This document shows positions 39,602-49,387 of a stretch of DNA of 64,000 bases, one piece after another. The notes beneath the pieces are model-generated. The model ran no database searches, was not told where the DNA came from, and saw only the letters and a program-made list of their open reading frames with translations. The DNA is taken from NCBI GenBank assembly GCA_937901905.1, contig CALDIF010000084.1, forward strand, positions 8,290 through 72,289. The letters run 5' to 3'. Each line of letters opens with the position of its first letter. Position 1 is the first letter of the stretch. The translations under genes were made by a program, and so were the position numbers. The stretch is from an uncultured Porphyromonadaceae bacterium. GTDB taxonomy: Bacteria > Bacteroidota > Bacteroidia > Bacteroidales > Muribaculaceae.

Positions 39602-42600
39602 TTAATTTATCAATTTGAAAGTCTTGTCGGCAATACGGACGATGAGCACACCGGCAGGCACCTCAATAGTGTTGCTGCCGACATTAACCGATACCAGCCG
39701 TTCACGACCGTCTACCGTGAGAATGCTCACCACCCCGTCAACGGGCGTGTCAATCACGAGCATGCCACCCACGATGCGTGCGACCGATTGTGAGTCGCTC
39801 ACGTCCACCACACCTGTAGTGGAATCCACGGTCACGATACAAGTTGCACTGTAACCGCCGACAGCGGCAGTGATTGTCGATACTCCGCTTTGCAAGCCGG
39901 TGATGTTTCCTCCGACAACGGCGGCACGTCGAGGAGCGTTGCTACCTGTTCTCAACGGTGACACGTCGCCGCTTGACACGCTCACCACTGTCGGGTCGCT
40001 ACTCGTCCAAGTGATCGGTGTACTCACGTTGGTGCCACTCACGGTTGCCTGCAACGAGAATGTCGCGCCCAAACCCAACCTGAAGGCGGGATATTCAAGC
40101 GTCACCCCGGTTATCGTTTCGGTCATATCGTCAAAATAAACGACATTATAGTGTCCTTCACCATCGACTGTGGTACCAAGTTCATAGTAACGGTCACTAT
40201 TGATGTTGTAAATATTCACCGTTTGAGTTCCGCTGCCATTATTAATCACAATATTGACTGCATAATCTTCTGCCGTGATTTCATATTCCATATAATACCA
40301 CGGCATACCGTCGATCATCTTCACATTATCACTCAATGTACCGGGCCACGTCGTGAGCACAGTCGAGGCGTCCCATGAGTGGAAGTACACGTTATCCCAG
40401 TCATCGGGCAACTTAAAATAAACGGTAGCGATATACGGTTCAAAGGGTGTTGTTTCACTTACGTTATATTTTCCCTGACCATCGGTAGTGGTGTCGAGTT
40501 CGTAGTAAACTGTTTCCGTAATCCCGGTGATGTCCACCGTTTGTTTACCATTGTTATTGTTGTTGATTACAACATTCACATTGGCACCTTCGGTAGCGAT
40601 GGTAAAGGTGCGGTAACACCATGTTTCGCCTCCGATGACAACTGTCGTCGTCGCACCTCCGGGCCAATCGTCGTTGAGAGTCGTTCCGTCGGCATTATTA
40701 ATGGTTCCATCACTCCCCCATGCATGCATCATCACCGTGTCCCAACCGCTCGCAGGTTTCTTGAAGTAAACGGTCACATCGTAGGGGGTGAACTGTATCA
40801 CCGGATCAACGGGGTCGGGGTCTGACGGGTCAAGCACCTCGTATTTGCCGTTATTTAATAACGCTCCGAGTTTGTAATACACGTCGCCGGTAATACCCGT
40901 TATGTCGTTAGTTTGGCTTCCGTCACCATTACTGAAAATGACGTTGAAACTGTAATTGTCGTCCGCCCTCTCAAATGTGTGATAGTAGTAGGTATCACCA
41001 TCTATCACTGTTGTGGCTGTTATCTCGGTGCCGGGCCAGCTGCCCAATGCCTTACTGTCGTTGCTGTCCCAACTATAGTAGTACACATGTTCCCAACCCG
41101 GATCCTTGAAATAGACTGTTGCCGTGAGTGGTACCACGACTTGGTCGGTTATATCATCCACAGTGTATGGAGAATTATTGTTACCTCCACCCGTGATCTC
41201 AAAGAAAACATCTTCGGTAATACCCTCAAGATTTTCGGTTTGATTGGTATTGCCGTTACTACCCTTGTTAAAAACAAGATTAACGGTATAGGAACTCGAA
41301 GTTTTGGGATAAGAGAAATAGTAATAGGTTACGCCATCTATTTCCTTGGTCGCCGTAACGCGCTCGCCGGGCCACGTGCCGTTAGGATTTTCGCCGTCAC
41401 TGTCCCACGAGTAGTAATAGACATTAGTCCAGCCATAACTTGAACCGGGATCCTTGAGGTACACCGTGATGGGGTCGGGTATGGTGTAAGAACGTTCGGC
41501 GTTGCTACCCGACACCACGTTGTTTCCATTCAATAGAGCCACCTTGAGCGTCATGCTTTCATCAACACGCACAGTCGAGCCACCGGACACCCGTGTCCCG
41601 TTGTCGGCAGCAGGTGTCGTACCGTCGGTGGTATACACCAGCGTGGTGTAGGACGATGACACCGCTGTGAGTGTCACATCAAACGCGGTGCCATAATAAC
41701 CCGACGGTTTATCTATCCACGCCAAATTTGCCGAAGTGGGCATAAAATACTTGTAGTTGTCGCCTTCTAAAATTTCAACCGTGTTACTCGGTCCGGCATA
41801 GGTGTCAACATTACTGCCCACGGCACATATCAGTGTTGTCTTGGTTCCGGTGGTTGTCACCACATAACGTGACGCGGTGGAAGAGGACTGTGAATAGGTG
41901 CTTGTGTTGGTCACACCTGCAGCCTTGCGTGCTGCAATCATATTCTTCAATTCGGCGGAATAGGCTTTCCAATGTGGCAAGAAGATACACGGTGTACCGG
42001 GCATGGCAAGCATGAAAGCGTTGGCTGCCAAAATGTCGTGTTCTATCGGATCCTTGCTGTAACCGGTCACGTTGCCGCGATCCTGTGTATCATGATTTTC
42101 AACAAACGTCACAGCCCACTGCTTATAACTGCCACTCTCGAAATTGTTACTTACCAACGGATAACCGCCACCCCCGGTATTAGCCTGACCGAGTTTTGTC
42201 CAATCGTTGTCGTTAATCGCGTTACGCACCGTATATCGAAACTGGAAGTCGAACGCAGCACTGGTGGGTACACCGCTTGATTTGGTGCCGTCTATCCAAG
42301 TCTTTATTTCACTGCCGGTTTTCCAGCACTCGCCCACACTGAACTGCGGTTGAGCCGAATTGTTGTACATTGCAGTGTAAATGGGAGAATAACCCGCCAC
42401 CATGTCGTAACGGAAACCCACGTACCCGAGGTCATTGAGCAACATGTTCAAGTAAGCCTTGACGTTGTTCTGCACATTTGTACTGGTGTGATCCAGGTCA
42501 CGCATACCGGTCTAGCCGTCACCCGTGTCGGGATTACCGAGATTTTCACCGCTTTGCAAGTGTTGCGCAGTCTCACCACCATCATCGTCACTCACAATAT

Positions 42601-43036
42601 CACTCGCTGTGAGACGGTAGGTAACACCATTATATGTTTCACTTACAAAATCAGTCCAGTTGCTTTCGTTTTGACGGTGATTGATAACCACATCACCGAT
42701 AATACCGATGTTATGAGCGGACATCGTGGCGACCATAGTACGCAACTCGCTCTCGGTACCGAACGAACTGTTGTAGTGCCCCGGGAACCAATATCTGGGG
42801 GAATAACCCATTTGATTACCGTCACCGCAATTACCGGCATTAGGTATCCAAAGTAAATCAATGTGACCGTCCAAGTCGGCTGCCATGCTCTGCAAGTTTG
42901 TCCACTTGGTGTCAGCATAACTGTCCCATGAGAAACCTTGCATCATCACGCCACCGTAGTTACCGGGCCAACCCTGTGCTATAGCAGCACTTGAAGTGAG
43001 CATTACTGCCGACATCAATGTTAGTGTTGTTTTCAT
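39602..43036 (-). pseudogene. GH13 alpha-amylase with an Fn3/CHB_HEX_C-like segment, four tandem starch-binding-like modules, a Big_2 domain and a T9SS C-terminal sorting domain, interrupted by one in-frame TAG (42512-42514)
   Basis: ORFs 42512..43036 and 39602..42505 are in the same frame. The junction reads ...NPDTGDG*TGMRDLDH..., which lies inside the conserved GH13 catalytic region. The N-terminal piece has a signal peptide and DVVINH. The C-terminal piece has GFRYDMV and FVENHD. Confidence 0.8.
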
Positions 43037-43123
43037 CGCGTTATATCTTGGTTATATGTTATATGTTATATGATAAAAAATTGTTGAACTATCAGATTTA
43101 CAAACTTTGAGTGCTTTGGACAA

Positions 43124-43131
43124 CAAATCTA
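43124..43131 (-). promoter_or_regulatory. -7 box (TAGATTTG on the minus strand) upstream of the large amylase gene
   Basis: The plus strand reads CAAATCTA, 88 nt upstream of the ATG at 43036. Confidence 0.35.
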
Positions 43132-43210
43132 CACATTATCTTGAAAAAAAACAACAAATCACAAGCAAAAACAGCAAAATTGCCCGAAAACGATAGTACG
43201 AAACAAAATA

Positions 43211-43242
43211 TTTGCGGAAATATGTAAAAAATGTTACCTTTG
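43211..43242 (+). promoter_or_regulatory. Bacteroidetes promoter: -33 TTTG (43211-43214) and -7 TACCTTTG (43235-43242)
   Basis: Both elements are present with 20-nt spacing. They lie about 140 nt upstream of the HerA-like gene. Confidence 0.5.
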
Positions 43243-43380
43243 CGGATAATGAAACTCACGGTCGGATCTCATTTGCTCGGATGTCTCGCTATCTTGCCGT
43301 TGTTTACACGACAACGATGGGTTGTGCACCTCAAGTCAAATCAATAGAAACCGCCGTTAAAACAACTAAAATCAAACACA

Positions 43381-44964
43381 ATGTACGAACAAGACGGACG
43401 TGGCTTATACATCGCACACAGCGACAACGGCCCTATTAGCATTACCGCTCGCATGGCAAATCGCCACGGGTTGATTGCCGGTGCAACCGGCACGGGTAAG
43501 ACGGTTTCACTACAAGTGTTAGCCGAAACATTTTCTCAAATGGGAGTTCCCTGTTTCATGGCAGACATGAAGGGCGATTTGTCGGGCATCAGCCAAGCCG
43601 GCAAGTTGAGCGGTTTTATCGAGAAACGCATGCCGGAGTTCGGTATTGAAAACCCGCAATTTGCAGCATGCCCCGTCCGTTTCTACGATGTTTACGGTCA
43701 GCAAGGTCACCCCATGCGCGCCACCATTTCGGCTATGGGACCCGACTTGTTGGGACGCCTGCTCGAACTGAACGACACTCAAACCGGAGTGCTGCACATC
43801 ATCTTCCGTATTGCCGATGAACGCGGTTGGTTCATGGACGACATCAAGGACTTGCGCGCCATGCTTGACCATGTTGCTCGCAATGCTAAAGCATACACGA
43901 CCCGCTATGGCAATGTATCATCATCGAGCGTCGGTGCAATTCAACGCGCTTTGCTATCGCTCGAGAACCAGGGCGGAGACAAGTTCTTCGGGTTGCCCGA
44001 ATTTGACATCAACGACCTGCTCGCCGTGAAAGACGGCAAAGGCGTGATGAGCGTGCTCGCTGCCGACGAACTGATGCTGCGCCCGAAGTTATACAGTACA
44101 TTCTTGCTATGGCTCATGAGTGAATTGTACTCCACCTTGCCCGAGGTGGGCGACCTTGACAAGCCCAAGTTGATTTTCTTCTTTGACGAGGCACACATGC
44201 TATTTGACGGCACGAGTAAGGCAATGGTTGACAAAATCGAACAAGTGATACGTCTTATTCGCAGTAAGGGTGTCGGCATTTATTTTGTCACCCAGAGCCC
44301 GACCGACATTCCCGATGTTATATTGGGGCAATTGGGTAACAGGGTGCAACACGCGTTGCGCGCTTTCACGCCCAAAGATCAAAAAGCGGTCAAGACGGCT
44401 GCCGACACGTTCCGTGCCAATCCGACCTTCCGCACCGACGAAGCCATCATGAACCTCGAGACCGGCGAAGCCTTGGTGAGCGTGCTTGATGAGAAAGGTG
44501 CTCCTACGGTGGTTGAACGAGCCAAGATGCTGTTCCCACTCAGCCAAATCGGTGCGATTAGCGAGGGGCAGCGACTTGATGCGATAAAGAGTTCAGCCAT
44601 CTACGGCAAATATGACACGACCGAAGATCGCGAGAGCGCATTCGAGGCTTTGCTTGCCGAGGACGAGGAGCGCGCCGAGTTGGAAGCCCGTGAAGCCGAG
44701 GCTGCAGCCGAGTTGGAGGCGAAAAAGAAAGAAGAAAAAGCGAATGGCAACAAGCCATCCACGATGAAAAAGGTGTGGAAAGCCATTATTACCGCTATCA
44801 CCACTACTATCGCCACGATAATAGGCTCGAGTGTCAGCAACAAGATTACCGGCAAGAAGAGTAATACCACGGGCAAGACCGCTGCCGGTCGCGTTGCCAA
44901 GAATGCGACAAGTGCAGCCACTCGCACCATCATACGCGATGTGCTGGGCAACGTCATCAAGTAA
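43381..44964 (+). CDS. HerA-like helicase domain / DUF853 (YjgR-like) ATPase
   Basis: 527 aa with Walker A GATGTGKT and Walker B LIFFFDEAH. The C-terminus has a charged coiled segment followed by a hydrophobic tail. Confidence 0.85.
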   Translation: MYEQDGRGLYIAHSDNGPISITARMANRHGLIAGATGTGKTVSLQVLAETFSQMGVPCFMADMKGDLSGISQAGKLSGFIEKRMPEFGIENPQFAACPVRFYDVYGQQGHPMRATISAMGPDLLGRLLELNDTQTGVLHIIFRIADERGWFMDDIKDLRAMLDHVARNAKAYTTRYGNVSSSSVGAIQRALLSLENQGGDKFFGLPEFDINDLLAVKDGKGVMSVLAADELMLRPKLYSTFLLWLMSELYSTLPEVGDLDKPKLIFFFDEAHMLFDGTSKAMVDKIEQVIRLIRSKGVGIYFVTQSPTDIPDVILGQLGNRVQHALRAFTPKDQKAVKTAADTFRANPTFRTDEAIMNLETGEALVSVLDEKGAPTVVERAKMLFPLSQIGAISEGQRLDAIKSSAIYGKYDTTEDRESAFEALLAEDEERAELEAREAEAAAELEAKKKEEKANGNKPSTMKKVWKAIITAITTTIATIIGSSVSNKITGKKSNTTGKTAAGRVAKNATSAATRTIIRDVLGNVIK

Positions 44965-45010
44965 AGCAGTCAACATTTCATTTACCCGTCGGTGCGGTCG
45001 GACTTGAACT

Positions 45011-45053
45011 CGAATAGCCATACGCGGACACATTCGTCCCTATCGGCTATTCG
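45011..45053 (+). terminator. Compound hairpin after the HerA-like gene
   Basis: CGAATAGCC-N25-GGCTATTCG with an inner GGAC/GTCC stem. The T-tract is weak. Confidence 0.4.
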
Positions 45054-45128
45054 ATGTTTGAGTGTGTATATCATCGGTTTGATTTAAATATCGTCATTGG
45101 GTAAAAACCTTACCCGTACGCTTGGTTA

Positions 45129-45572
45129 ATGGAGTTTCTGATACAATTCGGATACTTGGGACTGTGCTTGAGTGCATTCATCGCCGGCAGTGTATTGCCA
45201 CTGAGTAGCGAATTGGTGTTGAGCGCATGTATTCTCAAGTTGCACTTGTCGCCCATGCTGTGCCTGCTATGGGCGACAGTGGGCAACGTGGGTGGCGGCA
45301 TGACTTGCTATTGGTTAGGTTCGTTGGGCAACATGGAGTGGATTGAGCGTTATGCCCACGTGAGTCATGAGAAGTTGGAGCGCGCCCGACGATGGGTGGA
45401 ACATCGGGGAGCATGGATGGCATTTTTCGCGTTTTTACCCATTCTCGGCAGTGCAATAACGGTCGCCCTCGGCTTCATGCATGCCGACAAAAAGATTGTC
45501 TTGGCGGCAATGACCGTCGGGAAGGCATTGCGTTACGGCATTCTCATCGCCGGACTGCTGTCAGTGTTTTGA
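45129..45572 (+). CDS. YqaA-family (DedA/VTT-related) membrane protein
   Basis: 147 aa. FGYLGLCLSAFIAGSVLPLSSELVL...GNVGGGMTCYWLG is typical of YqaA. Confidence 0.75.
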   Translation: MEFLIQFGYLGLCLSAFIAGSVLPLSSELVLSACILKLHLSPMLCLLWATVGNVGGGMTCYWLGSLGNMEWIERYAHVSHEKLERARRWVEHRGAWMAFFAFLPILGSAITVALGFMHADKKIVLAAMTVGKALRYGILIAGLLSVF

Positions 45573-45647
45573 TTTTTCACCATTTATAGGGATTTTCATC
45601 AAGTCACATCGCCACAAATAGTTATAGCGCAAGGGAAGAATTATGTA

Positions 45648-45655
45648 TATATTTG
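45648..45655 (+). promoter_or_regulatory. -7 box TATATTTG for feoAB
   Basis: Lies 18 nt upstream of the ATG at 45674. Confidence 0.45.
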
Positions 45656-45673
45656 CAGGAAATATCCACATCG

Positions 45674-48196
45674 ATGAAATTATCAGAACTTAAAACCGGT
45701 GAAAGCGGTATCATAGTCAAGGTGGCGGGTCACGGCAGTTTTCGCAAGCGCATCGTTGAGATGGGTTTTATTCGCGGCAAGCAGGTTGACGTACTCTTGG
45801 CCGCACCGTTGCGCGACCCGGTGAAATATAAGATAATGGGCTACGAGGTGAGTCTGCGCCACGAGGAAGCCGACCACATTGAGGTTGTCAGGGTTGATGA
45901 AGTCGAGACGCCGCTCATCGGCGAGATTGAGAAAACGGAGCCTAAACTCGAGCAAGTTCGTGCCGAGGCGGTGCGCCGTCGTCGTGTTATCAATGTCGCG
46001 CTTGTGGGCAATCCCAATTGCGGCAAGACATCACTGTTCAACTATGCCAGCGGTGCCCATGCCCGGGTGGGCAACTACAGCGGTGTCACCGTCGATGCCA
46101 CCGTTGCCACGGCTCACTTTGAGGGCTACGAATTCAACTTGATTGACTTGCCGGGCACTTATTCCTTAACGGCCTACAGCCCCGAGGAGTTGTACGTGAG
46201 GCGTCACATTATCGACACCACTCCCGACATCGTGATAAATGTCATTGACGCGAGCAACCTCGAGCGCAATCTCTACTTGACCACACAACTCATCGACATG
46301 AACCTCAAGATGGTGTGTGCATTGAACATGTACGATGAGTTCGAGCGACGTGGCGACAAACTGGACATCAACACGCTGAGCACACTGCTCGGCGTGCCGA
46401 TGATTCCCACCTCGTTCAAGAGCGGACGTGGCGTGGACTTGTTATTCCATGTTATCATCAACATGTATGAGGGTGTTGACTTCATTGACAGCGACGGGCA
46501 CATCAATCCGGAGGTTGCCGAGGACATTAGGAAATGGCACGAGGACAACGTGAGCGGCATACCTCACGAGCACCCCGAGGACTTTGCGAGCGGTGACACC
46601 CCCGAGCACAACTACTACCGTCACATTCACGTCAATCACGGTCCTCACATCGAGCGTGCCATTGACATGGTGAAACTCACCTTGCAGGGCGAGGGCGGAG
46701 CCGACCGCACCCGTCACAGTACCCGTTATCTGGCGATTAAGTTGCTGGAGAACGACAGCGAAGCACTCAAGGTCGCTCACGACATGCCCGGCAGTGAAGC
46801 GGTTCTCGCTGTGACCGAAATGGCCAAAGCACAAATCGCCGCCGACACACGGGAAGATAGCGAGACCGCTATCATGAATGCCAAGTACGGCTTTATTCAC
46901 GGCGCACTGCAAGAGGCTGAGTACGCCGAGGGTACAGAACATGACAACTATCGCACAACCCACTTCCTCGACCACATTTTATCCAATCGTTACATCGGAT
47001 TTCCACTGTTTTTCATCATCATGTTTGTGATGTTCTACGTGACCTTCACGCTGGGCGAATATCCGATGCAGTGGATCGAAGCGGGTGTTGAATGGTTGAA
47101 CGCAACAGTCACCGCCCACATGAGCGAGGGACCGCTGCAAGCCATGATAACCGACGGCATCATCGGTGGTGTCGGTTCGGTAATCGTGTTTTTGCCACAG
47201 ATATTGATTTTGTATGCTTTCATCTCGTTCATGGAAGACTGCGGATACATGGCACGAGCGGCGTTCATCATGGACAAGGTGATGCACACCATCGGTTTAC
47301 ACGGCAAGTCGTTCATACCGCTTGTGATGGGTTACGGCTGTAATGTTCCTGCCGTGATGGCAACACGCACCATCGAGAGTCATCGCAGCCGGTTGATAAC
47401 GATGATGATATTACCCTTCATGAGTTGCAGTGCACGGCTACCCATATACTTGATGCTGACCGGAGCCTTTTTTGCGCCCGAGCATCGCGCGTTTGTCATG
47501 ATTTCACTCTACGCCGTTGGGGTGCTGATCGCCGCTTGTGTCAGCAAAGTTTACAGTACATTTATCACTCGCGAGCCCGACTCGCCGTTTGTAATGGAGT
47601 TGCCGCCTTACCGCTGGCCCACAATGCAAGCCACCCTGCGGCACACGTGGGAAAAAGGCAAGGAATACCTCAAGAAGATGGGTGGTATCATACTCGTGGC
47701 GAGCGTCATCGTGTGGGCACTCTCCTACTTTCCCCACAATGCATCGCTCGACAAGCAGGCACAGCAAGAACACAGTTATATAGGCATGATGGGAAAAACG
47801 ATAGAGCCGGTCTTTGCACCGCAAGGCTTTAACTGGAAACTCGATGTCAGCCTTATTGCAGGTGTCGGCGCAAAAGAAATTGTAGCGTCAACATTAGGCG
47901 TGATTTACACCGATGATGACAGTTACAGCGATGACGACACCTTCGAGGGTGCCGAACATGAGCGCAAGTATGCCGAGTTACATCAGGCGATGGCTGCCGA
48001 CGGCATCACACCACTTAGTGCCTATGCTTACCTGTTGTTCATCTTACTGTACTTCCCGTGTATAGCAACTATCGTCGCCATCAAGAACGAGTTGGGCTCG
48101 TGGCGCAAAGCGGCAGGCATAGCAGCTTACACGACTGCGTTGGCATGGGTGGTGAGTGCCCTATTCTTCCAAGCGGGTGTTTTATTGGGCTATTGA
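45674..48196 (+). CDS. feoB: Ferrous iron transporter FeoB with an N-terminal FeoA domain (fusion)
   Basis: FeoA region MKLSELKTGESGIIVKV...GFIRGKQV, G-domain VALVGNPNCGKTSLFN, and a polytopic membrane domain. The ATG at 45674 is preferred over the TTG at 45653. Confidence 0.92.
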   Translation: MKLSELKTGESGIIVKVAGHGSFRKRIVEMGFIRGKQVDVLLAAPLRDPVKYKIMGYEVSLRHEEADHIEVVRVDEVETPLIGEIEKTEPKLEQVRAEAVRRRRVINVALVGNPNCGKTSLFNYASGAHARVGNYSGVTVDATVATAHFEGYEFNLIDLPGTYSLTAYSPEELYVRRHIIDTTPDIVINVIDASNLERNLYLTTQLIDMNLKMVCALNMYDEFERRGDKLDINTLSTLLGVPMIPTSFKSGRGVDLLFHVIINMYEGVDFIDSDGHINPEVAEDIRKWHEDNVSGIPHEHPEDFASGDTPEHNYYRHIHVNHGPHIERAIDMVKLTLQGEGGADRTRHSTRYLAIKLLENDSEALKVAHDMPGSEAVLAVTEMAKAQIAADTREDSETAIMNAKYGFIHGALQEAEYAEGTEHDNYRTTHFLDHILSNRYIGFPLFFIIMFVMFYVTFTLGEYPMQWIEAGVEWLNATVTAHMSEGPLQAMITDGIIGGVGSVIVFLPQILILYAFISFMEDCGYMARAAFIMDKVMHTIGLHGKSFIPLVMGYGCNVPAVMATRTIESHRSRLITMMILPFMSCSARLPIYLMLTGAFFAPEHRAFVMISLYAVGVLIAACVSKVYSTFITREPDSPFVMELPPYRWPTMQATLRHTWEKGKEYLKKMGGIILVASVIVWALSYFPHNASLDKQAQQEHSYIGMMGKTIEPVFAPQGFNWKLDVSLIAGVGAKEIVASTLGVIYTDDDSYSDDDTFEGAEHERKYAELHQAMAADGITPLSAYAYLLFILLYFPCIATIVAIKNELGSWRKAAGIAAYTTALAWVVSALFFQAGVLLGY

Positions 48197-48231
48197 TTGG
48201 CTACCATGGCATCACGGGACAAGACACACGG

Positions 48232-49242
48232 CTACTTGTCGTAAGCATCGAGAGCGTTGCGCAACTCGTACTGAATTTGAGTGACCACAGCCGGTGGTGA
48301 AATGATGCGCACACCGGCACCGAAGCCCAACATGACAGAGTAAAACTCCTTGTTGGGTATTAGCGACACCTCAAAGGTCACCGCTCCGTCACTGTGACGC
48401 TCCACCTCATGCTGACTGTGGTGAAGGGGTTTGGTGGATATATATGCCGCTTGCAGGCGTGATGCCTTGAATTGTATTGTTTGCCTCACTCCGATGCGGG
48501 TAACCCCTATAATGTCATCAAAGTAAGTTGCCGGATCGAAACGCGGATTGTCGCGATAGACAAAGTTCTCCATCACTTTGAAGTCAACAATGCGATCGAG
48601 TGCGAAATTATATAACTTGTGATCAGATGCACGCGAACAAAACAGGAACCAACGATTGTTGTATTCCTTGAGCATGTGTGGGAAGACGATATAGTTTTGT
48701 GGCTGTCGCGCATTGAACGACAGGTAACGCACCTTGATGGTCTCGCGCCTGACAATGTGATTGTATAACGGATTAAGCAGTTCCAGCCCCTTGAAGTCGT
48801 CGTTGCGTTCAAAGTCCACCACAGGATACTTGCGACCGCGCGCCATACCTATACTGTCCTGCAAACGACTGACAATGTCACTCATGCGGTCAAAATGGTT
48901 GAAACGTTCCATTTGACGCAACAAGTCAACCGCCTCGCTGATGCGGTCGATGTCGGCAGGTGTGAGCGGCAGTTTAGTGATGGAATAATCGGGGTCACTA
49001 TACCTGTAATACTTGTGGTCGTACACCTCAATGGGAGCTTCATAACCCAACTTCTCGCTACGCATTATTTGTATATCCCCCTGCACCGTGCGTACACTCA
49101 CACCGTCGCGCTTGCCCTCGAACTCACAGAGCGCATCGGAACACGCCCTCACCAAGTCTTGCAGCGTCCACCGACGATAACGATTACGCAAACAACGATC
49201 TATCGTCTTGTAACGAATTAATGCATTCTTATTTACCGGCAT
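48232..49242 (-). CDS. HTH + WYL-domain transcriptional regulator
   Basis: 336 aa with an N-terminal wHTH-like region (ALIRYKTIDRCLRNRYRRWTLQDL) and a WYL-type core (NNRWFLFCSRASDHKLYNFALDRI). Confidence 0.75.
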   Translation of the reverse strand: MPVNKNALIRYKTIDRCLRNRYRRWTLQDLVRACSDALCEFEGKRDGVSVRTVQGDIQIMRSEKLGYEAPIEVYDHKYYRYSDPDYSITKLPLTPADIDRISEAVDLLRQMERFNHFDRMSDIVSRLQDSIGMARGRKYPVVDFERNDDFKGLELLNPLYNHIVRRETIKVRYLSFNARQPQNYIVFPHMLKEYNNRWFLFCSRASDHKLYNFALDRIVDFKVMENFVYRDNPRFDPATYFDDIIGVTRIGVRQTIQFKASRLQAAYISTKPLHHSQHEVERHSDGAVTFEVSLIPNKEFYSVMLGFGAGVRIISPPAVVTQIQYELRNALDAYDK

Positions 49243-49265
49243 AACAACTGTATCATGTTTCGTTG

Positions 49266-49273
49266 CAAATTTA
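49266..49273 (-). promoter_or_regulatory. -7 box (TAAATTTG on the minus strand) for the WYL regulator
   Basis: The plus strand reads CAAATTTA, 24 nt upstream of the ATG at 49242. Confidence 0.45.
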
Positions 49274-49356
49274 CAATTTCATTCCGACTGATACAAACAA
49301 ATGGTTTGATAAATTTGATTTAACTCTCTTTAACACCGGCGTTTATTAATTATTAT

Positions 49357-49364
49357 TATCTTTG
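49357..49364 (+). promoter_or_regulatory. -7 box TATCTTTG for rfbB
   Basis: Lies 23 nt upstream of the ATG at 49388. Confidence 0.45.
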
Positions 49365-49387
49365 CGCCATTAACAAACGGTTATCTA

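Noticed and set aside
42512-42514. Programmed recoding (read-through or Pyl) of the in-frame TAG in the amylase.
   Set aside because: TAG appears to terminate other reading frames here, such as the small ORF at 7544-7546 and the decayed ATPase tail at 56694-56696. No pyl genes or obvious recoding signal are visible. A nonsense mutation or sequencing error is the simpler explanation.
43051-43075. A GTTATAT x3 micro-tandem repeat just upstream of the large amylase start.
   Set aside because: It is very short, AT-rich and low-complexity. There is nothing to separate it from ordinary promoter-region sequence.
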